A DNA stretch of 64,000 nt, taken from assembly GCA_043820025.1 (NCBI GenBank), contig JBDRED010000034.1, positions 10,253 to 74,252 of the forward strand, written 5' to 3'. Origin of the DNA: Elusimicrobiota bacterium. GTDB lineage: Bacteria > RUG730 > JBDRED01. Shown one piece after another: positions 55,674-64,000 of this stretch (the stretch's first letter is position 1; every line of letters begins with the position of its first letter). The position numbers were made by a program, and so were the translations under genes. The notes under the pieces were generated by a model. It ran no database searches. It had not been told where the DNA came from and saw only the letters and a list, made by a program, of their open reading frames with translations.

Positions 55674-56849
55674 ATGATAACAGTGTTTAATAAGGACAAA
55701 AATAGGATTCCTATAAAAATGTGGCTTTCAAGTCCGGATGATCTTGAGCAGGAATGCATGAAACAGGTAAATAATCTGTCGAATCTTGCTTTCGCGTTTA
55801 AACATATAGCAATATTGCCGGATGCGCATACAGGTTATGGTATGCCTATTGGAGGTGTTTTGGCTGCAAAGGGCGTTATTATACCAAATGCGGTTGGCGT
55901 TGATATAGGCTGCGGTATGATAGCAGTTAAAACGAGTTTAAATTCAGCGGATTATGAAACTTTAAAAAAAATTTTGCGCGCTATTCGTATGGTAGTGCCA
56001 TTAGGCTTTGAACACCATAAAAAAGCTCAGGATAATAAATGGATGCCGCTCAAAAACGGTGATTATTATCCTATTATTGACCGGGAGTTTTTATCGGCAA
56101 AACATCAGGTAGGCACTCTTGGAGGCGGGAATCATTTTTTAGAATTACAAAAGGGAAATGATGGATTTATTTGGTTTATGATACACAGCGGGAGCAGGAA
56201 TTTAGGCAAAAAGGTTGCGGATTATCATAATCAAAAGGCAAAAATTACGAATGAAAAAAAGGGTTTCCCTGTGCCCAAGGAGTTTGATCTGGCTCCATTA
56301 TATGTTGATACACAGGAATCTGAAACATATATTGATGAAATGCGGTTTTGCCTTGATTTCGCAGCGTCTAACAGAAAACTGATGGCAGAAAGATTAAAAG
56401 AAATTATTGGGAATGAAACGAGCGCGAGTTTTGCGGGTGAGGTTCATATTCATCATAATTACGCCGCTTTTGAAAGACATTTTGGGGAAGATGTTGTTGT
56501 TCATAGAAAGGGCGCAACATCCGCTAAATTAGGCGAGCTTGGAATTATTCCAGGTTCACAGGGAGCCAAGAGTTATATTGTGCGAGGTAAAGGCAATGTT
56601 GAGAGTTTTATGTCATGCTCTCACGGCGCCGGACGCAGGATGGGTAGAAAACAGGCTCAGCGCGCTTTGGATCTTGAGGATGAGAAAAGAAAATTAGACG
56701 AAAAAGGCATAATACATTCAATACGCACTGTTCGTGATTTGGATGAATCTGCCAGCGCGTATAAAGATATTAATGTTGTTATGTCAAACCAAAAAGATTT
56801 AGTTGATATACTTGTAGAATTATCGCCTTTAGCAGTTGTAAAAGGGTAA
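55674..56849 (+). CDS. rtcB: RNA 3'-phosphate/5'-OH ligase RtcB
   Basis: LPDAHTGYGMPIGGV, DIGCGM, GGGNHFLE, SGSRNLG, the catalytic His in SCSHGAGR, and AYKDI are present. ATG 55674 is preceded by GGAG. Confidence 0.93.
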   Translation: MITVFNKDKNRIPIKMWLSSPDDLEQECMKQVNNLSNLAFAFKHIAILPDAHTGYGMPIGGVLAAKGVIIPNAVGVDIGCGMIAVKTSLNSADYETLKKILRAIRMVVPLGFEHHKKAQDNKWMPLKNGDYYPIIDREFLSAKHQVGTLGGGNHFLELQKGNDGFIWFMIHSGSRNLGKKVADYHNQKAKITNEKKGFPVPKEFDLAPLYVDTQESETYIDEMRFCLDFAASNRKLMAERLKEIIGNETSASFAGEVHIHHNYAAFERHFGEDVVVHRKGATSAKLGELGIIPGSQGAKSYIVRGKGNVESFMSCSHGAGRRMGRKQAQRALDLEDEKRKLDEKGIIHSIRTVRDLDESASAYKDINVVMSNQKDLVDILVELSPLAVVKG

Positions 56850-56918
56850 ATACTTTCGCGGATTAAATAGCTCGGATAAGTCTTTTTTTTAGATATTATT
56901 ATAGACAGGAGAAAATAA

Positions 56919-57107
56919 ATGAAAAAACAGGTAAAGTGCCCAAATTGTAAGGAATTGTTTAATATTTCAGAGAATAAAAAATATGCGGATTGCCCTTATT
57001 GTAAAGAAGAATTTGCTGTTTCTCTTGAAAAAGATTCCAGCCGGGACCTGTCTAAAAATAATGATGCGCATGACGCTTGGGAACGCCTTTTTAAGAAAAA
57101 ACAATAA
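56919..57107 (+). CDS. Small zinc-ribbon protein (62 aa), function unknown
   Basis: It contains CPNC...CPYC (CxxC-N17-CxxC) and has a strong RBS (AGGAG). Confidence 0.6.
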   Translation: MKKQVKCPNCKELFNISENKKYADCPYCKEEFAVSLEKDSSRDLSKNNDAHDAWERLFKKKQ

Positions 57108-57216
57108 AAAAAATTTAAAAAAAAGCTTGACATAACTTTAATTAATTTGTATTTATTAAAATTCTGATAAAAATCAGGTCTACCATTATATATATCTTAT
57201 ATAATTTGAGGTGCAG

Positions 57217-57408
57217 ATGAGTTTTATTTCAAAACCAATACGATTTTTAGTGGAAGTGGTAGCTGAGTTAAAAAAGGTTACATGGCCGACCAGGAAAGAG
57301 ACAATACAGGCGACCATTGTGGTTATTATACTCGTGGTAATAGTAGCTGTATATGTCGGAGTTATTGATTTTGTTTTATCAAGAGTTTTATCAATGGTAT
57401 TGAGGTAA
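57217..57408 (+). CDS. secE: Preprotein translocase subunit SecE
   Basis: ELKKVTWPTRKETIQATIVVIILVVIVAVYVGVIDF is the canonical single-TM SecE sequence, and the gene lies upstream of nusG. Confidence 0.9.
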   Translation: MSFISKPIRFLVEVVAELKKVTWPTRKETIQATIVVIILVVIVAVYVGVIDFVLSRVLSMVLR

Positions 57409-57415
57409 ATATTTT

Positions 57416-58045
57416 ATGACAGAAAATTCCGAAGATAAAAAAGAGAATATTGAGAAGGATGAAGAAGTTGCCGCAGTTGTAAAAGAGGATACTGCCGTCA
57501 AAAAAAATGACGACCCGAATATGAAATGGTACATTATTCATACAAGGACTTCATTTGAATATAAAGTTAAAAACAATATTGAACATGCTATTGAGACTCA
57601 ATCCATGAAGGAAAAGTTTGTAGATATTGTAATTCCAACAGAAGATGTTGTTGAGCTTAAAAAAAATAAAAAACATATAAAGAAAAGAAAGTTTTTTCCC
57701 GGGTATATTTTAATTAAAATGCTTTTAGATAACCAAACATATTGGGTAGTTAGAAGTATAGCCGGAGTGACAGGGTTTTTAGGCGGGCTTAAACCTACGC
57801 CTTTACGTGAGGCTGAAGTAGCCGCTGTATTAAACGCTATTGAGGTGCCCAGCGGAGCTAAACCAAAGCCGGCGATAATATTTGAGAAAGATGAAACCGT
57901 TAGAATTATTGACGGGCCGTTTGCTAATTTTATAGGCGTAGTTGAAGATGTTAACCATGAAAAAGGAAAACTAAAGGTAATGGTCACAATTTTTGGCCGT
58001 TCAACACCTGTGGAATTAGACTTTCTGCAAGTTGAGAAGATGTAA
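57416..58045 (+). CDS. nusG: Transcription termination/antitermination factor NusG with an acidic N-terminal extension
   Basis: The NGN domain (WYIIHTRTSFEYKVKNNIE...FPGYILIKM) and the KOW domain (VRIIDGPFANFIGVVEDVNHEKGKLKVMVTIFGRSTPVEL) are both present. Confidence 0.94.
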   Translation: MTENSEDKKENIEKDEEVAAVVKEDTAVKKNDDPNMKWYIIHTRTSFEYKVKNNIEHAIETQSMKEKFVDIVIPTEDVVELKKNKKHIKKRKFFPGYILIKMLLDNQTYWVVRSIAGVTGFLGGLKPTPLREAEVAAVLNAIEVPSGAKPKPAIIFEKDETVRIIDGPFANFIGVVEDVNHEKGKLKVMVTIFGRSTPVELDFLQVEKM

Positions 58046-58057
58046 GGAGATAGAAAA

Positions 58058-58486
58058 ATGGCTAAGAAAATAAAGGGATATGTTAAATTACAGGTGCCGG
58101 CTGGCGGAGCAAATCCTGCGCCTCCTATAGGACCTGCTTTAGGACAACATGGCGTTAACATAATGGAGTTTTGTAAAGCATTTAACGCAAAGACAAAGGA
58201 TGAAGAACAAGGAATGATAATACCGGTAGTACTAACTGTGTATGATGATAGAACATTTTCGTTTATAACAAAGATGCCTCCTATGGCGTCTTTAATAAAA
58301 AAAGCTGCGGGCCTGGCTAAAGGTTCCGGAGAGCCAAATAAGACAAAGGTTGGAAAGCTGACAAAGGCTCAGGTTGAAGAGGTCGCTAAGAAAAAAATGC
58401 CTGACTTAAACACAAAGGATCTTAAGGCAGCCATGCAAATGGTTGAGGGAACCGCCCGTAATATGGGTATAGAAATAGTTGAGTAG
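58058..58486 (+). CDS. rplK: 50S ribosomal protein L11
   Basis: The sequence [34 protein letters not shown] is canonical L11. Confidence 0.97.
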   Translation: MAKKIKGYVKLQVPAGGANPAPPIGPALGQHGVNIMEFCKAFNAKTKDEEQGMIIPVVLTVYDDRTFSFITKMPPMASLIKKAAGLAKGSGEPNKTKVGKLTKAQVEEVAKKKMPDLNTKDLKAAMQMVEGTARNMGIEIVE

Positions 58487-58528
58487 GAGCTGGCTTTGTG
58501 TCAGCGTTGACTACGCGGAGGTATTAAG

Positions 58529-59224
58529 GTGAAAAAAAGTAAGAGGTACAGAGCTTCTGTAGAAAAAGTAGACGCTAAAAAAAAGGTTACTATTGTTGAA
58601 GCAGCGAAACTTGTTAAAGAATGCGCAAGCGCGAAATTTGATGAAAGCATAGTGCTTTCAGTGAAGCTTAATCTTGATCCAAAAAAGGCGGAGCAGAATA
58701 TTCGTTCAACTGTTATTCTGCCGCATGGAACAGGTAAGACTAAAAAGGTTGCTGTAATGGCAAAGAGCGAAAAAGCTCAAGAAGCAAAGGAAGCAGGCGC
58801 AGATGTTATAGGCGCTGAAGATTTATCAGCTGAAATTCAAAAGGGCATTATTAATTTTGATGTGCTTATTGCTACTCCTGATATGATGAAGGAAATGGGT
58901 AAACTTGGCAAGATTTTAGGCCCTCGCGGACTTATGCCAAATCCTAAGTCTGGAACAGTTACCTTTGATCTAAAAAAGGCTGTGAATGAAGTTAAATCAG
59001 GCAGGATTGAATTTCGAGTAGATCCTTATGGAATACTGCATACAGTAGTCGGTAAGGCGTCATTTGATGCAAAATCTTTGTTTGAGAATGTCAAAATTAT
59101 ACTTGACGCTGTTATTAGGGTTAAGCCCGTAACGGTTAAAGGAACATATATACAATCTATAACACTAAGCTCAACTATGGGCCCGGGCGTTAAGATTGAT
59201 CCGAATAATATGTATGCAGAGTAA
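58529..59224 (+). CDS. rplA: 50S ribosomal protein L1
   Basis: Typical L1 blocks (FDESIVLSVKLNLDPKKAEQNIRSTVILPHGTGK...; GPRGLMPNPKSGTV) are present. The start codon is GTG. Confidence 0.96.
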   Translation: MKKSKRYRASVEKVDAKKKVTIVEAAKLVKECASAKFDESIVLSVKLNLDPKKAEQNIRSTVILPHGTGKTKKVAVMAKSEKAQEAKEAGADVIGAEDLSAEIQKGIINFDVLIATPDMMKEMGKLGKILGPRGLMPNPKSGTVTFDLKKAVNEVKSGRIEFRVDPYGILHTVVGKASFDAKSLFENVKIILDAVIRVKPVTVKGTYIQSITLSSTMGPGVKIDPNNMYAE

Positions 59225-59403
59225 ATAAAGGTTATCTATAAAATAATATATTTGGTCAAAGACAATAGGTTAGAGTTATTTCTTGTAAATCCTATCGAGA
59301 CATTAAAAACTGCTAAAAGTGGGTTTTTTCTCGATATGGAGAGAGAAAGCCCGTTTTTTATTTAAACTTTATGGGCTGAAAAAAATATTGAGAGGGAAGA
59401 TTT
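59225..59403 (+). promoter_or_regulatory. Possible L10 (rplJ) autoregulatory leader region
   Basis: The rplA-rplJ gap is 179 nt and contains a hairpin (TATCGAGA 59293-59300 / TCTCGATA 59329-59336). The position is analogous to known L10 leaders. I could not verify the consensus by eye. Confidence 0.3.
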
Positions 59404-59925
59404 ATGAATAAATCACAAAAGCAGGAATTAGTTGCAAAGGTCAAGGAAAAAGTCGGAGAACATAATTTTGTACTAGCAGAGTATAAAGGTTTGACAGTGA
59501 GCGAGCTGGAAGAGCTCAGGAACAGGCTTCGAGATGTATCATGCGAACTAAAGGTTGTGAAAAACAGACTTTTGAATATTGCGTTCAAAGAACTTAATAT
59601 TCAAGGATTTGATGCTTTTCTTAAGGACAGCACAATACTTGCCGTGCAAAAGGATGATTCATTTGAAGGGCTTAAGGTATTGACCGAGTTTTCAAAAGGG
59701 CATGAGAAATTTAGTATTAAGACAGCAAGGATAGATAGTCAGCAATTGGATTCTGAGAGAGTAAAAAGTATAGCCGAACTTCCTCCAAAGGAAGTTTTAA
59801 TAGCGCAACTTTTATCACAGCTGCAGAGTCCTATAACACGCTTTGTATACGCGCTAAAGGATCCAATGAACAAGTTGGTTTATGCTTTAGAGGCTATTAA
59901 AAATACAAAAGAGAAAATTAATTAA
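59404..59925 (+). CDS. rplJ: 50S ribosomal protein L10
   Basis: Its position between rplA and rplL fits, as does the sequence [34 protein letters not shown]. Confidence 0.93.
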   Translation: MNKSQKQELVAKVKEKVGEHNFVLAEYKGLTVSELEELRNRLRDVSCELKVVKNRLLNIAFKELNIQGFDAFLKDSTILAVQKDDSFEGLKVLTEFSKGHEKFSIKTARIDSQQLDSERVKSIAELPPKEVLIAQLLSQLQSPITRFVYALKDPMNKLVYALEAIKNTKEKIN

Positions 59926-59948
59926 TTTACCATAGGGAGGATAAAGAA

Positions 59949-60332
59949 ATGGCAAAGGAAGAAATAATTCAAGCAATTGAAAAGATGAATGTTTTAGAGC
60001 TTTCGGAACTTGTTAAGGATTTAGAGGAAAAGTTCGGAGTAAGCGCGATGCCAGCAATGCCGGCAGGTGCGTTTATGCAGGCTCCGGGAGCAGGCGCTGC
60101 AGGCGCTGCGGCTGAGCAAAAAACTGACTTTAATGTAGTTTTAACTTCAGCAGGAGACAAGAAAATCCAAGTAATTAAGGTTGTTAGAGAACTTACGGGT
60201 CTTGGGCTTAAAGAAGCAAAAGATCTGGTTGAGGGAGCTCCAAAGCCGGTTAAAGAAGGGGTGCCAAAAGAACAAGCTGAAGAAATGAAAAAGAAGCTTG
60301 AAGAGGTTGGCGGACAGGTAGAACTTAAGTAA
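59949..60332 (+). CDS. rplL: 50S ribosomal protein L7/L12
   Basis: [17 protein letters not shown], an Ala/Gly-rich hinge, and [34 protein letters not shown] are present. Confidence 0.97.
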   Translation: MAKEEIIQAIEKMNVLELSELVKDLEEKFGVSAMPAMPAGAFMQAPGAGAAGAAAEQKTDFNVVLTSAGDKKIQVIKVVRELTGLGLKEAKDLVEGAPKPVKEGVPKEQAEEMKKKLEEVGGQVELK

Positions 60333-60473
60333 TATTGCTAATTTTTTTAATCAAGTTTAGTTTTTAAATAAAATAGATTTTATTAATTTGGCATGGATAT
60401 TTATTAGCTTTACTATTTTAAATCTTTGATATAAATATTGGCTAGGCTAGTATTTCTTACAGGGGGAAAATTA

Positions 60474-63400
60474 ATGAGTAAAGAAAGAAAACAGATCAAC
60501 TTTGCTCGCATTCCTAAGGTATTGGAACTGCCTGATATGATCGAGATGCAGAAAAATTCTTATAAAGAATTTTTGCAGCTTGATGTTGCTCCTGAAAATC
60601 GTAAGATACAAGGATTACAGGCGGCTTTTCTTGATGTGTTTCCTATATATAATGCGGATGAGACATTAGCTTTAGAATTTGACAGATATGTTATTAGCGA
60701 GTCTAAGTATACAGCTGTGGAGTCTTTAGACAAGGATGTAACATATACAGCTCCTCTAAAAGCTATAATTAGACTTGTTCATAAACAACAGTCAGGAAAA
60801 GTTAAGGAAATTGCGGAGCAAGAGGTGTTCTTGTGCGATCTTCCTATGATAACGGATTCTGCTACCTTTATTTTTAACGGCGCAGAGCGGGTAATCGTCA
60901 GTCAGCTTCACAGGTCACCAGGCGTAATATTTGAGGATGATGAAGAAAAGAAGATTTCATCTTATGGTAAAAAATTATTCTTTGCGCGTATGATCCCGTA
61001 TAGGGGCGCATGGGTAGAGTTTGAATATGATTTAAATAACGTGCTTTTTGTGCGTATAGATAAAAAACGCAAAATACTAGCTACCGTATTTTTGCGCGCT
61101 ATAGGAATCGAAGATAATGAACAGATTTTAGAATTATTTTATGATTCTGCAAATGCGGTTGTTGACGAAAATTTAGAAGGGCTCTATTTGGCTAAAGATG
61201 TTGTTGAAGATTCAACGGGCGAGATGCTCGTGGAAGCAGGTAAACAGATTACAAAAGAAAGAATTGAGTCCTTAGTCAAAGCGGGTATCAAGAAGGTTAG
61301 CGTTTTGAAAATAGATACTGCTCTTAATGATATTACAATTATTAATACTTTATCTCGTGATAATCTGCGCTCTAAGAAAGAAGCTGTTTTTGATATTTAT
61401 AAAAAGCTTCGCGCGCAGGAATATATAACTCCTGACCACGCGTCAACTTATTTTGAAAACCTGCTTTTCAAAAATATTAGAAAATATGATCTCACAAAGG
61501 TTGGCCGTTATAAGATTAATAAAAAATTAGGAACAATCTTTAACGAGCTGGTTAAAAAGAAAAACTTTAAATTTCAGATCCCATCCGATAGAAAAAGAAC
61601 GCTTACGGTAGAAGATGTTATCGCTACAATAAAATATGTAATAACTTTAAATAACGGCATCGGGGAATCCGACGATATTGACCATCTTGGCAACAGGCGT
61701 GTTAGGTCTGTTGGCGAACTTTTAGAGAATCAGATGAGAATAGGTCTTGCTCATATGGCGCGGCTTATAAGAGAAAAAATGAATATGCAGGATAAGGATC
61801 AGATAACTCCAAGGTCTATTATTAATTCAGCGCCGCTTGTTGGAATAGTTCGCAAGTTCTTTGGAACTTCGCAATTGTCGCAGTTTATGGACCAGGTAAA
61901 TCCTTTAGCCGAACTCACGCACAAACGCAGATTATCAGCTCTTGGCCCCGGCGGATTAAACAGAAAACGCGCCGGATTTGAAGTCAGAGACGTTCACTAT
62001 ACTCACTATGGCCGTGTTTGTCCGTTGAAACTCCGGAAGGCCCAAACATTGGTTTGATAACATCATTATCTTGTTATTCAAAGGTTAATGAATATGGACT
62101 TATTGAAAGTCCTTATCGTAAGGTTGAAAAAGGTAAGATAACGAACGAAATAAACTATTTAACAGCTGATGAAGAAGACGCTTTTATGATCGCGCAGGCA
62201 AATTCAACTGTGGATCATAATAATAAATTGTCTTCTGATCTTGTTGCATGTCGTTATTTTGACAACTTCCCATTAGTTGATTCTTCTAAGGTTGACTATA
62301 TGGATATTTCTCCGAAACAGGTTGTCAGCCCGTCAACAGCGCTTATTCCATTCTTGGAGCACGATGATGCAAACCGCGCGCTAATGGGTTCTAATATGCA
62401 GCGTCAAGCAGTGCCTTTAATGATAACCGATGAGCCGGTGGTAGGGACCGGTATTGAGGATACAATTGCTCGTGATTCAGGCGCTACAGTCCTGGCAAAA
62501 AGATCAGGAGAGGTTATTAGCGTCAGCGCTGAACACATAACAATTTGGGTAAAGGACGCTGATGACAGTAGTGTCGACGTTTATTATTTAAAAAAATATC
62601 TGCGTTCAAATCAGGATACATGCGTAAAGCAGATGCCGCTTGTATGTGTTGGAGATAAGATAAAAAAAGGCGAAGTAATAGCGGATGGACCTGCCACTCA
62701 TAATGGACAGCTTGCTCTTGGAAAGAATCTTCTCGTCGCGTTTATGCCATGGGAAGGGTATAACTTTGAGGATGCGATTCTTCTGAATAGAAGAATTATG
62801 CAGGATGAAACGCTTACGTCAATTCATATATTGGAGTATGAGACCGAGGCTCGCGATTTAAAGATGGGAGTAGAGGAAATTACTCGAGATATTCCAAACG
62901 TAAGTGAAGAAGCGTTAAAAAATCTTGATGAAAATGGAATTATATGTATCGGCGCTGATGTAGAGCCCGGCGATATTCTAGTTGGAAAGGTGACTCCAAA
63001 AGGCGAACAGCAGACAACTCCTGAAGAAAGGCTTTTGAAGGTTATTTTCGGAAAGAAAGCTGAAGATGTTCAGGATGCGTCTCTTATAGTGCCTCCGGGA
63101 GTGACAGGTAAGATTTTAGATGTTAAGATTTTTACCAGGAGAGATAAGTTAACAAAGAGAGACGAGAATAAGTTAACTAAAAAAGTGGAAGATAAACTTA
63201 AAAAGGATATTGAAACATTGCGGCAGGAATTAAAAGACTGCATTAGCGTAATGTCTAAAGAAAAAAAGAAGGACGCGCACAGCATTGAGGTTGAAAAAGA
63301 ACGGTTAAAGGTTTATTACAAATATAGAGAACTTGAAGCAAAGAAAAAAGCAGAGAGGAAAAAAGAGCATATAAAGCATGGAGACGAGCTGCCGGTTACA

Positions 63401-64000
63401 GTTAACAAACTTGTAAAGGTTTATATTGCCTCTAGAAGAAAGATTCAAGTTGGAGATAAACTTGCAGGACGACATGGAAACAAAGGCGTTGTGGCGAAGA
63501 TTCTTGCGCCTGAGGATATGCCTTTTCTTCCGGGCGGAGAACCGGTTGATATTGTGCTAAGTCCGTTGTCAATACCTTCTCGAATGAATGTGGGACAGAT
63601 AATGGAAACACTTTTAGGCTGGGCTGGAATGAAGCAGGGTGTTCAGATGATAACACCGGTTTTTGACGGCGCGACTGAAGATGATATACTCGAAAATATT
63701 CGAAAAGCAAAAAAGATGCTTATAGCGGATGGCGCTAAAGAAGAATATCTGCCTGATGATTTTTGTCGTACAGTTATGTATGACGGCAGAACAGGCGATC
63801 AGTTTAGTGAAAAGGTAACTATTGGGTATATGTATATCCTTAAGCTTGCGCATCTTGTAGAAGATAAAATACATGCTCGTTCAACAGGCCCGTATTCATT
63901 AATAACCAGACAGCCTCTCGGAGGAAAGGCCCAGTTTGGAGGCCAAAGGCTTGGAGAAATGGAAGTTTGGGCTATTGAGGGTTACGGCGCTAGTCATACA
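60474..64000 (+). CDS. rpoB: DNA-directed RNA polymerase beta subunit, 3'-truncated by the window edge and interrupted by an apparent 1-nt frameshift at about 62024
   Basis: The first frame (60474-62057) ends ...[15 protein letters not shown] then [10 protein letters not shown]. The frame starting at 62024 reads [16 protein letters not shown]... It continues through [14 protein letters not shown] and [12 protein letters not shown] to base 64000 with no stop, which is why it is absent from the ORF track. ATG 60474 is preceded by AGGGGGA. Confidence 0.9.

Noticed and set aside
57598-58161. 187-aa antisense ORF over nusG/rplK
   Set aside because: It lies opposite two highly conserved genes, so the open frame is a compositional artefact.
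62010-62057. Interpreting the rpoB break as a genuine programmed -1 frameshift
   Set aside because: There is no slippery heptamer or downstream stimulatory structure, and the break is repaired by restoring a single G in a GG dinucleotide. It is kept as a finding but considered most likely an assembly or sequencing indel.

Overview
This is a 64-kb, AT-rich, gene-dense bacterial chromosomal segment that reads like a genome bin from an uncultivated lineage. I saw no rRNA, CRISPR array, transposase, integrase or phage genes. I call 55 protein genes (52 on +, 3 on -), two tRNAs (anticodons CAT and CTC) and an RNase P RNA. There are three housekeeping blocks: rpsU-NIF3-dnaG-rpoD, then rpmE-DUF1385-prfA-prmC-murA-hisDBHAFI-argF, and secE-nusG-rplKAJL-rpoB. 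Scattered single genes include mnmA, nadB, nadC, mgtE, uvrB, ahcY and rtcB. The non-housekeeping content, in window order: (1) a giant repeat surface protein, truncated by the window edge, with a T9SS-like C-terminal sorting domain, followed by a PorV-like outer-membrane barrel. (2) A GH94-like 1095-aa protein plus an orphan 540-aa protein. (3) A stand-alone pilin module with two classical prepilins flanking two paralogous ~400-aa PilX-like proteins with beta-helix-like bodies, followed by a GT-C/TPR glycosyltransferase; no pilus motor, platform, peptidase or secretin lies in the window. (4) An OmpA lipoprotein with about 14 perfect RLAEEQ hexapeptide repeats. (5) An OmpR-type response regulator with Asn at the phospho-acceptor position, divergent from rtcB across a 500-bp intergenic region containing a 29-nt near-perfect inverted repeat and further hairpins. 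At the DNA level, the heptad repeat family AGAATAC/AGAAGTC recurs in intercistronic gaps and 5' UTRs, once as a 69-nt tandem array fused to a Shine-Dalgarno sequence, and two other small intergenic repeat families are present. rpoB carries an apparent 1-nt frameshift inside the universally conserved CP(I/V)ETPEG motif. All functional calls rest on motif and family recognition by eye; no database search was run.
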